Origin: Halobacteriota archaeon
GTDB taxonomy: Archaea > Halobacteriota > Bog-38 > Methanoflorentales > Methanoflorentaceae
NCBI GenBank assembly: GCA_050013755.1
Contig: JBEKER010000004.1
Span: 8,316 to 72,315 of the forward strand
DNA: 64,000 nt
Reading direction: 5' to 3'
Below the pieces are notes generated by a model. The model was not told the origin of the DNA. It saw only the letters and a program-made list of their open reading frames with translations, and made no database searches. Positions 26,329 through 35,613 of the stretch are shown one piece after another. The stretch's first letter is position 1. Every line of letters begins with the position of its first letter. The translations under genes were made by a program, and so were the position numbers.

Positions 26329-26628
26329 CTACTTGAAGGATATTGCTATGCTGAGCAGCATCAAAAACAAGACTAAGATGCTTAAGAAACTATACAGTAA
26401 GCTCCTTTTCGTCGCGAAACTCACGAGTGCCACGCTGACCCAGACCAACGGAGAAACTATTGTTAGTAGGACTCCCAAAGCGGTGACGCTGGACGCACTA
26501 GGAGATTTGAGGCCCGTCACCGTGTCTTTGAGAGGTAGCGTCGTGTCACTATTTAAACCCGGGTTAGCAGCGAAAAGAAAAATGCCAATCAGACACACAG
26601 AAATGCTGACGGCAGAACAGACCGCCAA
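26329..26628 (-). CDS. possible small membrane protein
   Basis: 99 codons, TTG start, two or three hydrophobic segments; weak. Confidence 0.25.
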   Translation of the reverse strand: MAVCSAVSISVCLIGIFLFAANPGLNSDTTLPLKDTVTGLKSPSASSVTALGVLLTIVSPLVWVSVALVSFATKRSLLYSFLSILVLFLMLLSIAISFK

Positions 26629-26682
26629 TGTTCTGGCTAAACCTGAAGCTTCTCCTCCAATGATAGAACCACCTCTTTCACG

Positions 26683-27516
26683 TTATGACCTCAATAGCAT
26701 TAGCGACGCCAAAATGACTAATACCACAGCAAAGCTCGCAGTTAGCGCTTCGTTTCGAATCTTGCCCTGCAGACGCGGCCCGATCAGGGCCCCCAAAAAG
26801 ACCGCTTCAAGCACAATTGCGGCGAGCAGTGGCTGCACGAACCCGTTTGCATAGTAGATAATCGCACCGACTGCGGTCGTCAGCCCGATAATTAGTGCGC
26901 TTGTGCCGGTCGCTGCCTTGATAGGAACTCGCATGCCGAGCGTCATAACTGGTACGTTTATGATTCCCCCTCCAATGCCTAACAGTCCTGATGCGTTGCC
27001 CGCTACGAATCCGCTTAGCAGCCCTAAGAGCGGGTTTCTTACCTGATAGCTTACTAGTCGCTCACCCGTGGCGTTAGTATAGCTCCCGCCCAATTGGAAT
27101 CGATCGTACTGCGCGTCACGTAGTCTGGTAGATTGCACAGCGCCGACTTCCTTGCGTCGCAGAAACATAACGACAGCCGTCGCGACGAGGGCCGCAGCGA
27201 AGACCTCAGTAAGCAGTGTCCGGTTTATCTGCGCTGCTATTTGGGCCCCGATGATCGCCCCGGCGGTCGCGGTGATGGCAAACCACAGAGCAAGCCGTAG
27301 ATTTAACCTGCAATCTTTGACGTACGTCATCGACGCGGCGCTGGAGTTGGCTATCGTGCTGACAAGGCTTGTGGCAATTGCAATCTGTATCGGGATGCCT
27401 GCCGCGAGTGTTAGAAACGGAACCAAAAGAACTCCCTCTCCAATGCCAAGCATCGAGGTGATCACTCCGACGAACACAGAAACGAAGAAAATTATGAGCA
27501 GGCTTAGTGGATCCAT
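26683..27516 (-). CDS. TauE/SafE (DUF81) family anion (sulfite/sulfonate-type) exporter
   Basis: 277 aa, ~8 TM segments, duplicated GIGGG/GIGEG motifs (MLGIGEGVLLVP, LLGIGGGIINVP). Confidence 0.85.
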   Translation of the reverse strand: MDPLSLLIIFFVSVFVGVITSMLGIGEGVLLVPFLTLAAGIPIQIAIATSLVSTIANSSAASMTYVKDCRLNLRLALWFAITATAGAIIGAQIAAQINRTLLTEVFAAALVATAVVMFLRRKEVGAVQSTRLRDAQYDRFQLGGSYTNATGERLVSYQVRNPLLGLLSGFVAGNASGLLGIGGGIINVPVMTLGMRVPIKAATGTSALIIGLTTAVGAIIYYANGFVQPLLAAIVLEAVFLGALIGPRLQGKIRNEALTASFAVVLVILASLMLLRS

Positions 27517-27693
27517 CTGATCGCTCTTGCATAAGCAGCAGAAGCTTCGCCCAGCAACAAAGTATTACGTTGGACAGCGTAATGCGCGATAACGATCTGC
27601 ACGATGCAATATCTAAAACAGATCTTCAGTACCGTGCTGCTCCGTTGTCCACTTGCCGTCGACTATCCCCCGGAAGAGTAAATAAATACACGA

Positions 27694-27764
27694 AGCCGAC
27701 ACCCGGAATCGAACCGGGATAAGCCGCTCTGCAGGCGGCTGCGTAGCCGTTCCGCCATGTCGGC
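27694..27764 (-). tRNA. tRNA-Cys (GCA), copy 2
   Basis: Minus strand GCCGACA-TG-GCGGAACGGCTACGC-A-GCCGC-CTGCAGA-GCGGC-TTAT-CCCGG-TTCGATT-CCGGG-TGTCGGC-T; perfect acceptor stem, U73 discriminator. Confidence 0.9.
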
Positions 27765-28050
27765 ACAAGCCGATGCAACATAGACACTCGACCGTTGTAA
27801 CACAATTGACTTAACGGCTGCGATCAGGACAATATGTGCCCACATTTTAGGATCATTAGCCACGAGAATGGTGAAATGCGTCGCCAAGCGACTCTTTTTT
27901 TGCTACGTCGAGGTGCGTCTAATAGGGCGAAGAGCCGGACAAAAGACCGCAACGAGCCGAAATAACGGCAGGTCATTCTCCGAACGTGATAAGTAGCTTT
28001 GAGTTCATAAATCGGAGCAGAAAGACCCGAAACGCATCACTAAAGCTCCT

Positions 28051-28305
28051 ATGCCGCCAGAAGAAAAGTACAACGCGCGTTCAGTAAGGCCGTGCAAAGG
28101 AGGCGGCATTTTGGTCGAAGCAACGTTCGACAAGCCATTTTCAATGGAGGTGTTGTGTCGGATTCTGCGCGATACGGGGAAGTGCGCTGAAAAACTCGGC
28201 GTGGCGCGCTTCTTCCACAAAGGATGTGACATCACGTTATACCGAAATGGCAGGGTTGACGTCCACCGCGTCCAATCGACTGAAGAAGCCATACAGATTT
28301 CTTGA
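28051..28305 (+). CDS. small protein resembling the C-terminal domain of long-form ThiF/MoeB
   Basis: ...CDITLYRNGRVDVHRVQSTEEA parallels ...FEMTLFRDGRAIIKGTRDPEAA of ORF 25021-26097; possible TTG start after GGAGG; the opposite-strand ORF looks like junk. Confidence 0.4.
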   Translation: MPPEEKYNARSVRPCKGGGILVEATFDKPFSMEVLCRILRDTGKCAEKLGVARFFHKGCDITLYRNGRVDVHRVQSTEEAIQIS

Positions 28306-28398
28306 CGAGGTGAAAGTAATAGTCCGCGAGGCGTTCGTGCAGGGCGATCAAAGCAAGAGCTCTCCAGCCCCGTGGGGAGCTGAGTGAGCATGGCAAGA

Positions 28399-29502
28399 TT
28401 ATAAAGGTTCCCACGTCCACCACTGGTTTCCGCCATAGTTCCACACCATCGCGACGCCTATTCCGATGAGTTGCGACGTGAGATAGTAGACACCGAATAG
28501 ACTTGTCAAGAGCCACAAGATCAGTAGGTTGATTACAACCCCAACAACCCGCACGGCGTGATCTCTATACAGGGCCGTGAGTGTGTATCGAAGCCCGCTT
28601 GTCCCTCTGTCTCTGAATGTCCACGATCTGTTCAAGAAGAAGTTGGACAAAAGGCCTGCTTCTATACCGATAACTCCCGCTAGCAGATAGAAAACACCGA
28701 GTTCCGTAAGCGCATATAATACGGCTAAATTCAAAATAGCGCCTACGGCGCCTACGGCCACAAATTTCCAAAAACGATGAAACTCGCCCGATCGCAAGAA
28801 GAGACTCCACGTGTGCCGAAGATAATGTACCGCGTTTTTCACTCCGAATTTGCTTATGCCATTCTCGCGTTTGTCAAACGTATAGCCGACCTCTGAGACC
28901 GTGGTGTAATCTCCTTGCACAAGGATCTCAAGCAATATCTTATAGCCTACCGGGCTCAGGTTTGCGTGGGCAATGACACTCTTTTTGAAGGCGAAAAACC
29001 CGGACTCGGGATCGTTGATGCTGCGTATCTCTCTGAAAAGCGTTCGGGCGAGGAGGCCGGCACCTTTGGACAGTAATCGTCTTGACGGGCTGAACCCTTC
29101 CAAAGCGCCGTGCCCAGCAAAACGACTTCCTATCGCTATATCTGCTCCATTTTGCACGCGCGAGACTAATTCTGGTATCTTTTCGGGAGGATGTTGCAAG
29201 TCAGCATCCATAACGACTACGATGTCATACTTTGCTGCTTGAATCCCCGTCAGCACGGCGGTCGCGAGCCCCTTCTCGTCCTGTCTTCGTATGACCCGCA
29301 CCCGATCACCGTCTGGCTGCTGCGACGCGACCTTCCACGTTTCGTCAGGGCTGTCATCATCAACAATGACGATCTCAAAAGGATGGCCCAATGGTCCCAT
29401 CGAACGATGGATTCGTTCCAGGAGTTCAGGGATGTTTTCCCGCTCATTGTAGGTAGGGATTACTATGGACGTGTTGTTATTCGGCATTGATCCGGGAAGC
29501 AC
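28399..29502 (-). CDS. GT2 polyprenyl-phosphate glycosyltransferase (Dpm1-like) fused to a GtrA-like membrane domain
   Basis: SIVIPTYNERENI, VIVDDDSPD, MDADLQHPP; C-terminal FWKFVAVGAVGAILNLAVLY...NFFLNRSWTF (GtrA). Confidence 0.85.
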   Translation of the reverse strand: MLPGSMPNNNTSIVIPTYNERENIPELLERIHRSMGPLGHPFEIVIVDDDSPDETWKVASQQPDGDRVRVIRRQDEKGLATAVLTGIQAAKYDIVVVMDADLQHPPEKIPELVSRVQNGADIAIGSRFAGHGALEGFSPSRRLLSKGAGLLARTLFREIRSINDPESGFFAFKKSVIAHANLSPVGYKILLEILVQGDYTTVSEVGYTFDKRENGISKFGVKNAVHYLRHTWSLFLRSGEFHRFWKFVAVGAVGAILNLAVLYALTELGVFYLLAGVIGIEAGLLSNFFLNRSWTFRDRGTSGLRYTLTALYRDHAVRVVGVVINLLILWLLTSLFGVYYLTSQLIGIGVAMVWNYGGNQWWTWEPL

Positions 29503-29752
29503 GAAGCGAGCGCGGTTACGTTTCTTTCAGATGCAAGATTGTTATTCTCCCATATGAGCCTTTCATCGGGGCCGCTGAGAAGTCGCTGGCCTTTTCGGCA
29601 ACAGAGCTAAAACGATCCTGCTTAAAAACGGCAGCTATGCGTGTTCCGGCCCATTCACACCGTGACCTATCAATGCCAGCGCGCAACAGTAGGCCAAACG
29701 AGTAGCAGGCCGCCGAACGCCGATGTAAGGTCGTCGGTGGCTCCGTTAGCAA

Positions 29753-30931
29753 CTATTCGGGCTTTCCATAGCCCTCATCCCTGTACGCATAGAGGGGCGA
29801 CATCTGTCGCAGCTGATCAACGATTTCTGGGAGGACGTCGTTTACGTATTGAACATCTGCTTCCGTCGTCTCTCTCCCTAGGGTAAGCCTCAGACTGCCG
29901 TGAGCATCAACGGGGTCCAGGCCGATCGCCAGCAGCACGTGTGATGGTTCAAGTTTCTTTGACGAGCAGGCGGAACCAGTCGATCCAGCAATCCCCTTTG
30001 CGTTCAAGCGGAGCACAAGCGACTCCCCCTCGATATAGCTGAAGCTGAAATTGGTGTTGTTCGGAAGACGGCGCTCCTTTCCACCGTTGAGTCGAGTGTA
30101 AGGGATTTCTCGCAGTACGGCGTCGATTAGCTCATCCCTGAGCCTTTGTATGCGCACATTGTCTGCGAAATCTTCGATCGCCAGACGCATTGCCTCACTA
30201 AAGCCAACAATACCCGGCACGTTCTCGGTGCCGCTTCTGAGGCCGCGCTCGTGGCCGCCGCCGAAAATGAGCGGTTTTAATTTGGTGCCCTTCCGAATGT
30301 ACAGGCATCCGACCCCTTTCGGTCCGTATATCTTGTGTGATGAAATAGAGAGCATGTCCACATTGAGAGCGGCCACGTCCACTGGAATCTTCCCGACGCT
30401 CTGGACTGCATCGGTGTGCATGTAGACGCCGTGCGACGCTGCGATCGCTCCGACCTCAGCTATGGGCTGTATTGAGCCGATCTCGTTGTTAGCGTGCATG
30501 ATTGATATGAGTCGCGTGTTGTCCCGAATCGCCTCTTCCACTTCGCTAGGATTTATCCGGCCGTCAACATCAACAGAAACGTAAGTTACCTCGTGTCCAA
30601 GCTTTTCAAGAAACTTGCACGTCTCGAGGACCGCGGGATGTTCGATCGCGGAGGTGATGATATGATCGCTCTCGCCACTGCCATCGCGTAGTACTCCACG
30701 CAAAGCCATATTGTCCGATTCAGTTCCGCCTGACGTAAAAACGATCTCTGGCGGGGTCGCTCCAATCGAGTGCGCTATCTGTTCTCGCGCGTCCTCGATC
30801 GCCTTGCGTGCCTCAAGTCCATAGGTGTGGAGGCTCGAGGGGTTTCCGAAGCGCTCTAAAAAGTACGTGCGCATCACGTCGAGGATCTCAGGGCGCATCG
30901 GCGTGGTCGCGGCGTGATCAAGATAAATCAT
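29753..30931 (-). CDS. class-I cysteine desulfurase (NifS/IscS type, canonical)
   Basis: MIYLDHAATTP, TSGGTESDN, HANNEIG, SISSHKIYGPKG (PLP Lys present), STGSACSS. Confidence 0.9.
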   Translation of the reverse strand: MIYLDHAATTPMRPEILDVMRTYFLERFGNPSSLHTYGLEARKAIEDAREQIAHSIGATPPEIVFTSGGTESDNMALRGVLRDGSGESDHIITSAIEHPAVLETCKFLEKLGHEVTYVSVDVDGRINPSEVEEAIRDNTRLISIMHANNEIGSIQPIAEVGAIAASHGVYMHTDAVQSVGKIPVDVAALNVDMLSISSHKIYGPKGVGCLYIRKGTKLKPLIFGGGHERGLRSGTENVPGIVGFSEAMRLAIEDFADNVRIQRLRDELIDAVLREIPYTRLNGGKERRLPNNTNFSFSYIEGESLVLRLNAKGIAGSTGSACSSKKLEPSHVLLAIGLDPVDAHGSLRLTLGRETTEADVQYVNDVLPEIVDQLRQMSPLYAYRDEGYGKPE

Positions 30932-31046
30932 GGTATCACAATGTGTCGGTTATTGAACGTCGTACTTAACCTCTCTCTTTGAGACATAAGAATTTGGCAC
31001 GTTTAGGAGTAGCGAACGGTTCCTGCCCCCGCGAAAGCCGCTTGCG

Positions 31047-32822
31047 TTACGCCCCGACCACCTTGTAATAGTATGTGTATCCGTTAGTGTAAATCTTGTT
31101 AACTACGGCGTTGTTGTCAATCGCTTTGATGCGCCCGCTCCATTGCGTGGCGTTTTGTGGGCTGAGCTTCCATTGTCCGTTCAGAAGGTGCTCGTAGTAG
31201 TACTTTGGCGGCGTAGCTGTGAGGAACAGGTAGTTAATTCCGGTGTGACCTGCGCCGTTCCATTGCTGCAGGTATGCAGGATAGACGTAGTTGAGCACAG
31301 TATAGTTCGCCTGCCCACTATCATAAGGGTGCATCACCAAGGCGCCGGTATAGTACCAGTAAAGCATCTCGTCTCTATAGTCGGTCATCGTGGCATTGTC
31401 AGGGTCTCTTCCAACGGTCCAGACAGCGGCGGCGGTGACCCGGCCGTCGGGCGGCGCAGTCACGGTGAAGGTTGAGTTGTAGTTCACCGCAAGAACGGTC
31501 GCGCTCACGGCCGCTAATATGAGGAGCATCGCAGCTGCAGATGGAGCCAGCCACCTTTTTTTGACAGACGCACCTTGTGATATCAAGATCAAACCTACGG
31601 TGGCAATGATGCCATAGACAAAAGCAACCCAAACGATAATACGGCTGCCCAGATCCAGAGACGTGAGCGCTTCGATTGAGCTGGAGTAAGCGGGAAGTGT
31701 GTTTGCTGTCCCTGCGCTGAACTGCGAAACAAATCCCAGCGCAGTCACAGCCGCGAGCAAAATAAGACTTAGGAACAGGTATCGTAGATATGCAACGTCC
31801 ACCTGATCAGCTTCATAGCTGCGGAGAGATACCGAATACGCACCGGCGTAAACAACGAGGGGAGCCAGAGGCAGAAAGAAAGGCAGGTAACCTGACTGTA
31901 ATTGCGTTGCGAGGCAGTACACGACCGCTGCAGCTCCAAGCACAATCGTCAACGCCGCGACAGATCGTCGGTAATCGTTAGATCCCACGAGTAGGTTCGC
32001 CACACGCGTTAATGATTGCGTGGTGGCTGCACGCGAAGCTTCGGTACGCCAAAAAAGAGCGTAGCACAGCGCAAATATTGCATACAGCGCTGCCAGGCCT
32101 ACCGCCGTGTAAAAAAAGATACCGACATACACGCCGTTGTAGCCGTTAAGCACGTGGTAATAGCCCCACCAGGGCACAAATATAGCAGCGACGTAGGCGG
32201 GAGCCGCGTACTTGAGCGAGGATATGAGGAACGGCATCGTGAGTATCGCGATGAGCAGAAAGCTCAAATGATGGGTGAAGATGGTCGCGAGCAGTATCAC
32301 CGTGAGCATCGAAAACGTATACCCGCGCGAGGTTCGTCCGACGTAGTACAGGTAGAGGAACAGCAGGGCCCCGCAAAAGAGTATGAAGCCGACGTTCTCT
32401 TCGATCATGCGTGACTGTTGGTGCGTGAGGCCCTCGAATACGCCGATGAGAAGGATCATCACTGGGATTGCCCAGCTCGTGAGTCGACCTGAACGCGACG
32501 TTATCAGGTAGGCAACCACAACCATGACGATAGGCGTCGCTATTTGCAAGAAGTACTGCGCGAGCACGGTGAGATCAATGCCGGTAAAAACGGTGAGCGA
32601 CGCAAGCAGCGCTTCGAGGCCGACTGAGTAGGCACCGTAGTACATCGTCTGGGTCGCGGAGGGGGAATAGTGCCCGGTTATCACGTATTTGTTGGTATCG
32701 CCGAGGAGCTTCCACGGATCGGGGTCGACCGAACCGCCCCACACGGCCAGCGAGTATCCGACCCTGAAAATGACGAGCACAACAGTGATCGCGATCAGTG
32801 CGACGACGTACTTCCTGTTCAA
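31047..32822 (-). CDS. polytopic membrane protein with extracytoplasmic C-terminal domain (possible GT-C glycosyltransferase)
   Basis: 591 aa, more than 12 hydrophobic segments then a ~130-aa soluble tail rich in Y/N; sits between two GT2 genes. Confidence 0.65.
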   Translation of the reverse strand: MNRKYVVALIAITVVLVIFRVGYSLAVWGGSVDPDPWKLLGDTNKYVITGHYSPSATQTMYYGAYSVGLEALLASLTVFTGIDLTVLAQYFLQIATPIVMVVVAYLITSRSGRLTSWAIPVMILLIGVFEGLTHQQSRMIEENVGFILFCGALLFLYLYYVGRTSRGYTFSMLTVILLATIFTHHLSFLLIAILTMPFLISSLKYAAPAYVAAIFVPWWGYYHVLNGYNGVYVGIFFYTAVGLAALYAIFALCYALFWRTEASRAATTQSLTRVANLLVGSNDYRRSVAALTIVLGAAAVVYCLATQLQSGYLPFFLPLAPLVVYAGAYSVSLRSYEADQVDVAYLRYLFLSLILLAAVTALGFVSQFSAGTANTLPAYSSSIEALTSLDLGSRIIVWVAFVYGIIATVGLILISQGASVKKRWLAPSAAAMLLILAAVSATVLAVNYNSTFTVTAPPDGRVTAAAVWTVGRDPDNATMTDYRDEMLYWYYTGALVMHPYDSGQANYTVLNYVYPAYLQQWNGAGHTGINYLFLTATPPKYYYEHLLNGQWKLSPQNATQWSGRIKAIDNNAVVNKIYTNGYTYYYKVVGA

Positions 32823-32826
32823 GCGC

Positions 32827-33510
32827 TCACCCTCGTACCTCGGCGCGCGTTTTCAGGAGACACCTCAACATCGCCATAGTATGGCGCGTAAGGCTGACAT
32901 TGCTGTTCGCCTTATTGCTCCACGTTATGGGCACTTCGACGATGTTGAACCCCTCTCGGTGCGCTTTTGCGATCAACTCTGCGTCAAACGCAAATCCGTC
33001 GCAGGTGATAGTGATGGCGTCCCACACCTCGCGCCGAAACGCTTTGCAGCCGCACTGAAAATCGCGTATGGCAGTGTCGAGCAGTAGGTGGGCGAGCATG
33101 CGGTAAATGGATCCCGAGAGCCGTCTCGAGAAAGGTTGCGGGCACGCAATGATCGACCCGCGCAGCCGTCGTGACCCGACGGCGAGATCGGCCCCCTGCT
33201 CGATCGTTGCTGCGACGCGCATGAAGTCACGGGGATAAATCGATGCGTCGCCGTCGACGAACCCGAGCACTTCTCCCGTTGCCAAAGCAAGCCCGCGTCG
33301 CAGCGCTGCACCCTTACCGGCCAAGACCGGGCTGCTTGAGAGTATCACGTTGCTGTGGTGCGTCGCGAATTCTCGCACGATGTCGGGTGTGTGGTCAGTG
33401 GATGCATCTTCGGCAACGATGAGCTCTAGGCCTTCAAAGGCACTGAACTCGTCAAGCAATCTGCCTATCTCGTCGGCCTCATTATGCGCTAGAATCACGA
33501 CAGAAATCAT
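32827..33510 (-). CDS. GT2 glycosyltransferase (dolichyl-phosphate sugar synthase-like)
   Basis: ISVVILAHNEADEI, VAEDASTDHT, GKGAALRRG, VDGDAS. Confidence 0.85.
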   Translation of the reverse strand: MISVVILAHNEADEIGRLLDEFSAFEGLELIVAEDASTDHTPDIVREFATHHSNVILSSSPVLAGKGAALRRGLALATGEVLGFVDGDASIYPRDFMRVAATIEQGADLAVGSRRLRGSIIACPQPFSRRLSGSIYRMLAHLLLDTAIRDFQCGCKAFRREVWDAITITCDGFAFDAELIAKAHREGFNIVEVPITWSNKANSNVSLTRHTMAMLRCLLKTRAEVRG

Positions 33511-33708
33511 TCTATTTTCTTACACCGTGCTAGGGGGCTAAATATTGTTCTATTCCAACATTGAACGCACGCAGATCTAACCGCTCAACGAACCTCAATC
33601 AGCAACAGCGCACCGAAAAAAGCCGTATTTCAGAGTGCAACAAGAATAAATAATAGCTATCTCATACGATCACTGTTCACTCGGTGCAGTGAGCACTTTG
33701 GAGGAGCG

Positions 33709-35202
33709 GTGCCAAAAAGCTTAGAGGAGATCAACGAGCGCATTCGCGATGGGAGCGTTTACGTCGTGACAGCTGACGAAATGACTGCCGTCGTGGGCGA
33801 GCTGGGATCCGAGGACGCGGCACGAGAGGTCGATGTCGTGACCACGGGGACGTTTGGCGCGATGTGCTCGTCCGGCGTATGGATGAACTTCGGCCATTCA
33901 GATCCGCCGATCAAGATGAGTCAGGTGTGGCTCAACGATGTCGAGGCGTACACCGGCGTCGCTGCGGTTGATGCGTTCATAGGAGCGACCCAGCTTTCGG
34001 AGAAGCGGGGCCTCGAGTACGGCGGTGCACACGTTATCGAAGATCTGGTGGCCCGCAAAGAAGTCTATGTGAAGGCTGTTGGCTATGCCACCGACTGCTA
34101 TCCGCGCCGCAGCGTAGAAGCCCATATCTCCATCGTGGACCTTAACGAAGCGACGATGTTGAATCCGCGCAACGCTTACCAGCGGTACAACGTGGCAACC
34201 AACTCCACTGACAGAGTGCTCTACACATATATGGGAACGCTGCTTCCCCGGTTCGGAAACGCGACGTACTCTGGTTCGGGCACTCTCTCACCCATCTATA
34301 ACGATCCGGACTATGAAACCATCGGGATCGGGACGAGGATCTTTCTGTGCGGTGCACAGGGGTACGTCGTCGGCAACGGGACGCAGCACGACCCGACGAA
34401 CAGCTTTGGCACGCTTATGGTGTGCGGTGACCTCAAAGCTATGAGCACCGATTACCTGAGGGCGGCGATTCTCCACAACTACGGCACGTCGCTGTACGTG
34501 GGCATCGGCATCCCTATTCCCGTACTGAACGAGGGGATTGCGCGAAAAACTGCCATCAGCGATGCCGACATCAAGACGACGATCCTCGACTACGGCGTCG
34601 GTCGACGGTCGCGGCCAGAACTAAAGACGGTTAGTTATGGGGAGCTCAAATCCGGGATGATCGATCTAAATGGCAAGGAAGTGCGCACATCATCCATGTC
34701 GAGCTTCTTCAAGGCAAAAGAAATCGCTAGTGAACTCGCGGCGCGCATACAAAAAGGCGCGTTTGAGCTCGCCCTGCCGACAGCGCGGCTCCCGCGGCGG
34801 GCCACACAGAAGCCTATGAAGCAACTTTCTGCTGTGCCACTCGTGCGTGAAGTGATGCTGCCAAGCATTACCGTGCGTGAAGCGATCAGCGTGCAAGAGG
34901 CTGCCAAGATCATCGTCGGAAAGCAGGTGAATCACTTGCCGGTTGTCTCAGCCAGCAACAAGCTTATCGGCATAGTCACGGCGTACGATATCTCCAAAGC
35001 GGTTGCGCTAGACAAAGGCGATAGCCTGAAAGGCATAATGACGAGGCGCGTCGTGACGGCGACGCCTGATGAGCCGATCGACCTCGCAGCACGGCGTCTC
35101 GAGCGGCACAACATCTCGGCACTTCCTGTTATCGATCATGCGAATACCGTCATCGGCATCATCACCAGTGAGGATCTAAGCAAGCTCCTCGCGTGTAGGT
35201 AA
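33709..35202 (+). CDS. COG1900 (DUF39) + tandem CBS protein, homocysteine-biosynthesis sulfurtransferase type (MJ0100/MA1821-like)
   Basis: ~370-aa COG1900-like domain (VVTTGTFGAMCSSG, NPRNAYQRYNVATN, GTLSPI) followed by two CBS repeats; GTG start after GGAGGA. Confidence 0.8.
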   Translation: MPKSLEEINERIRDGSVYVVTADEMTAVVGELGSEDAAREVDVVTTGTFGAMCSSGVWMNFGHSDPPIKMSQVWLNDVEAYTGVAAVDAFIGATQLSEKRGLEYGGAHVIEDLVARKEVYVKAVGYATDCYPRRSVEAHISIVDLNEATMLNPRNAYQRYNVATNSTDRVLYTYMGTLLPRFGNATYSGSGTLSPIYNDPDYETIGIGTRIFLCGAQGYVVGNGTQHDPTNSFGTLMVCGDLKAMSTDYLRAAILHNYGTSLYVGIGIPIPVLNEGIARKTAISDADIKTTILDYGVGRRSRPELKTVSYGELKSGMIDLNGKEVRTSSMSSFFKAKEIASELAARIQKGAFELALPTARLPRRATQKPMKQLSAVPLVREVMLPSITVREAISVQEAAKIIVGKQVNHLPVVSASNKLIGIVTAYDISKAVALDKGDSLKGIMTRRVVTATPDEPIDLAARRLERHNISALPVIDHANTVIGIITSEDLSKLLACR

Positions 35203-35223
35203 GCGGAGGACAAGGAGGCATCC

Positions 35224-35613
35224 GTGAAGATCGTGTTGAAGTTTTCACAGAAGATTATGCAGGATCCGCTGCTTGCAGATGTCGTGCTCGAGACGGGCGT
35301 CCGCCTCAACATCGATCGGGCATTTGTTGACGCCTCTATCGGGGAAATCGTAATCGACGTGCCCGACGAACGCGTTGAAGAGGTTGCGGCAGCCTTCCGG
35401 AGACGTGGGACTGAGGTGCGCGAGATGGACACGCCAATCGTATTCGATGAAGCTGAGTGCGTGCAGTGTGGCGCGTGCGTGTCAGTCTGTCCTGTTGAGG
35501 TATTTGAGTACAAGGACGACAGGACGATTTCGATCAACCTCAAGCGGTGCGTGCTCTGCAAGACCTGTATTGCGATGTGTCCGCACGGCGCTCTGAAAAC
35601 TGCAGAGGAATGA
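35224..35613 (+). CDS. NIL domain + 2x[4Fe-4S] ferredoxin (MA1822-like)
   Basis: N-terminal NIL-like ~75 aa, then CVQCGACVSVCP and CVLCKTCIAMCP; GTG start after AGGAGG. Confidence 0.85.
   Translation: MKIVLKFSQKIMQDPLLADVVLETGVRLNIDRAFVDASIGEIVIDVPDERVEEVAAAFRRRGTEVREMDTPIVFDEAECVQCGACVSVCPVEVFEYKDDRTISINLKRCVLCKTCIAMCPHGALKTAEE

Noticed and set aside
26267-26854. 195-aa plus-strand ORF between the ThiF-like and TauE genes
   Set aside because: It overlaps the TauE gene in antisense, its composition is Ser/Thr/Ala/Lys-rich with no motifs, and it probably reflects the absence of stops opposite real genes.
33350-33541. 63-aa ORF ending in Gly-Gly (a ubiquitin-like/SAMP-type C-terminus) not far from the E1-like gene
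   Set aside because: It lies almost entirely antisense within the well-supported GT2 gene 32827-33510 and has Ser/Ala-rich junk composition.
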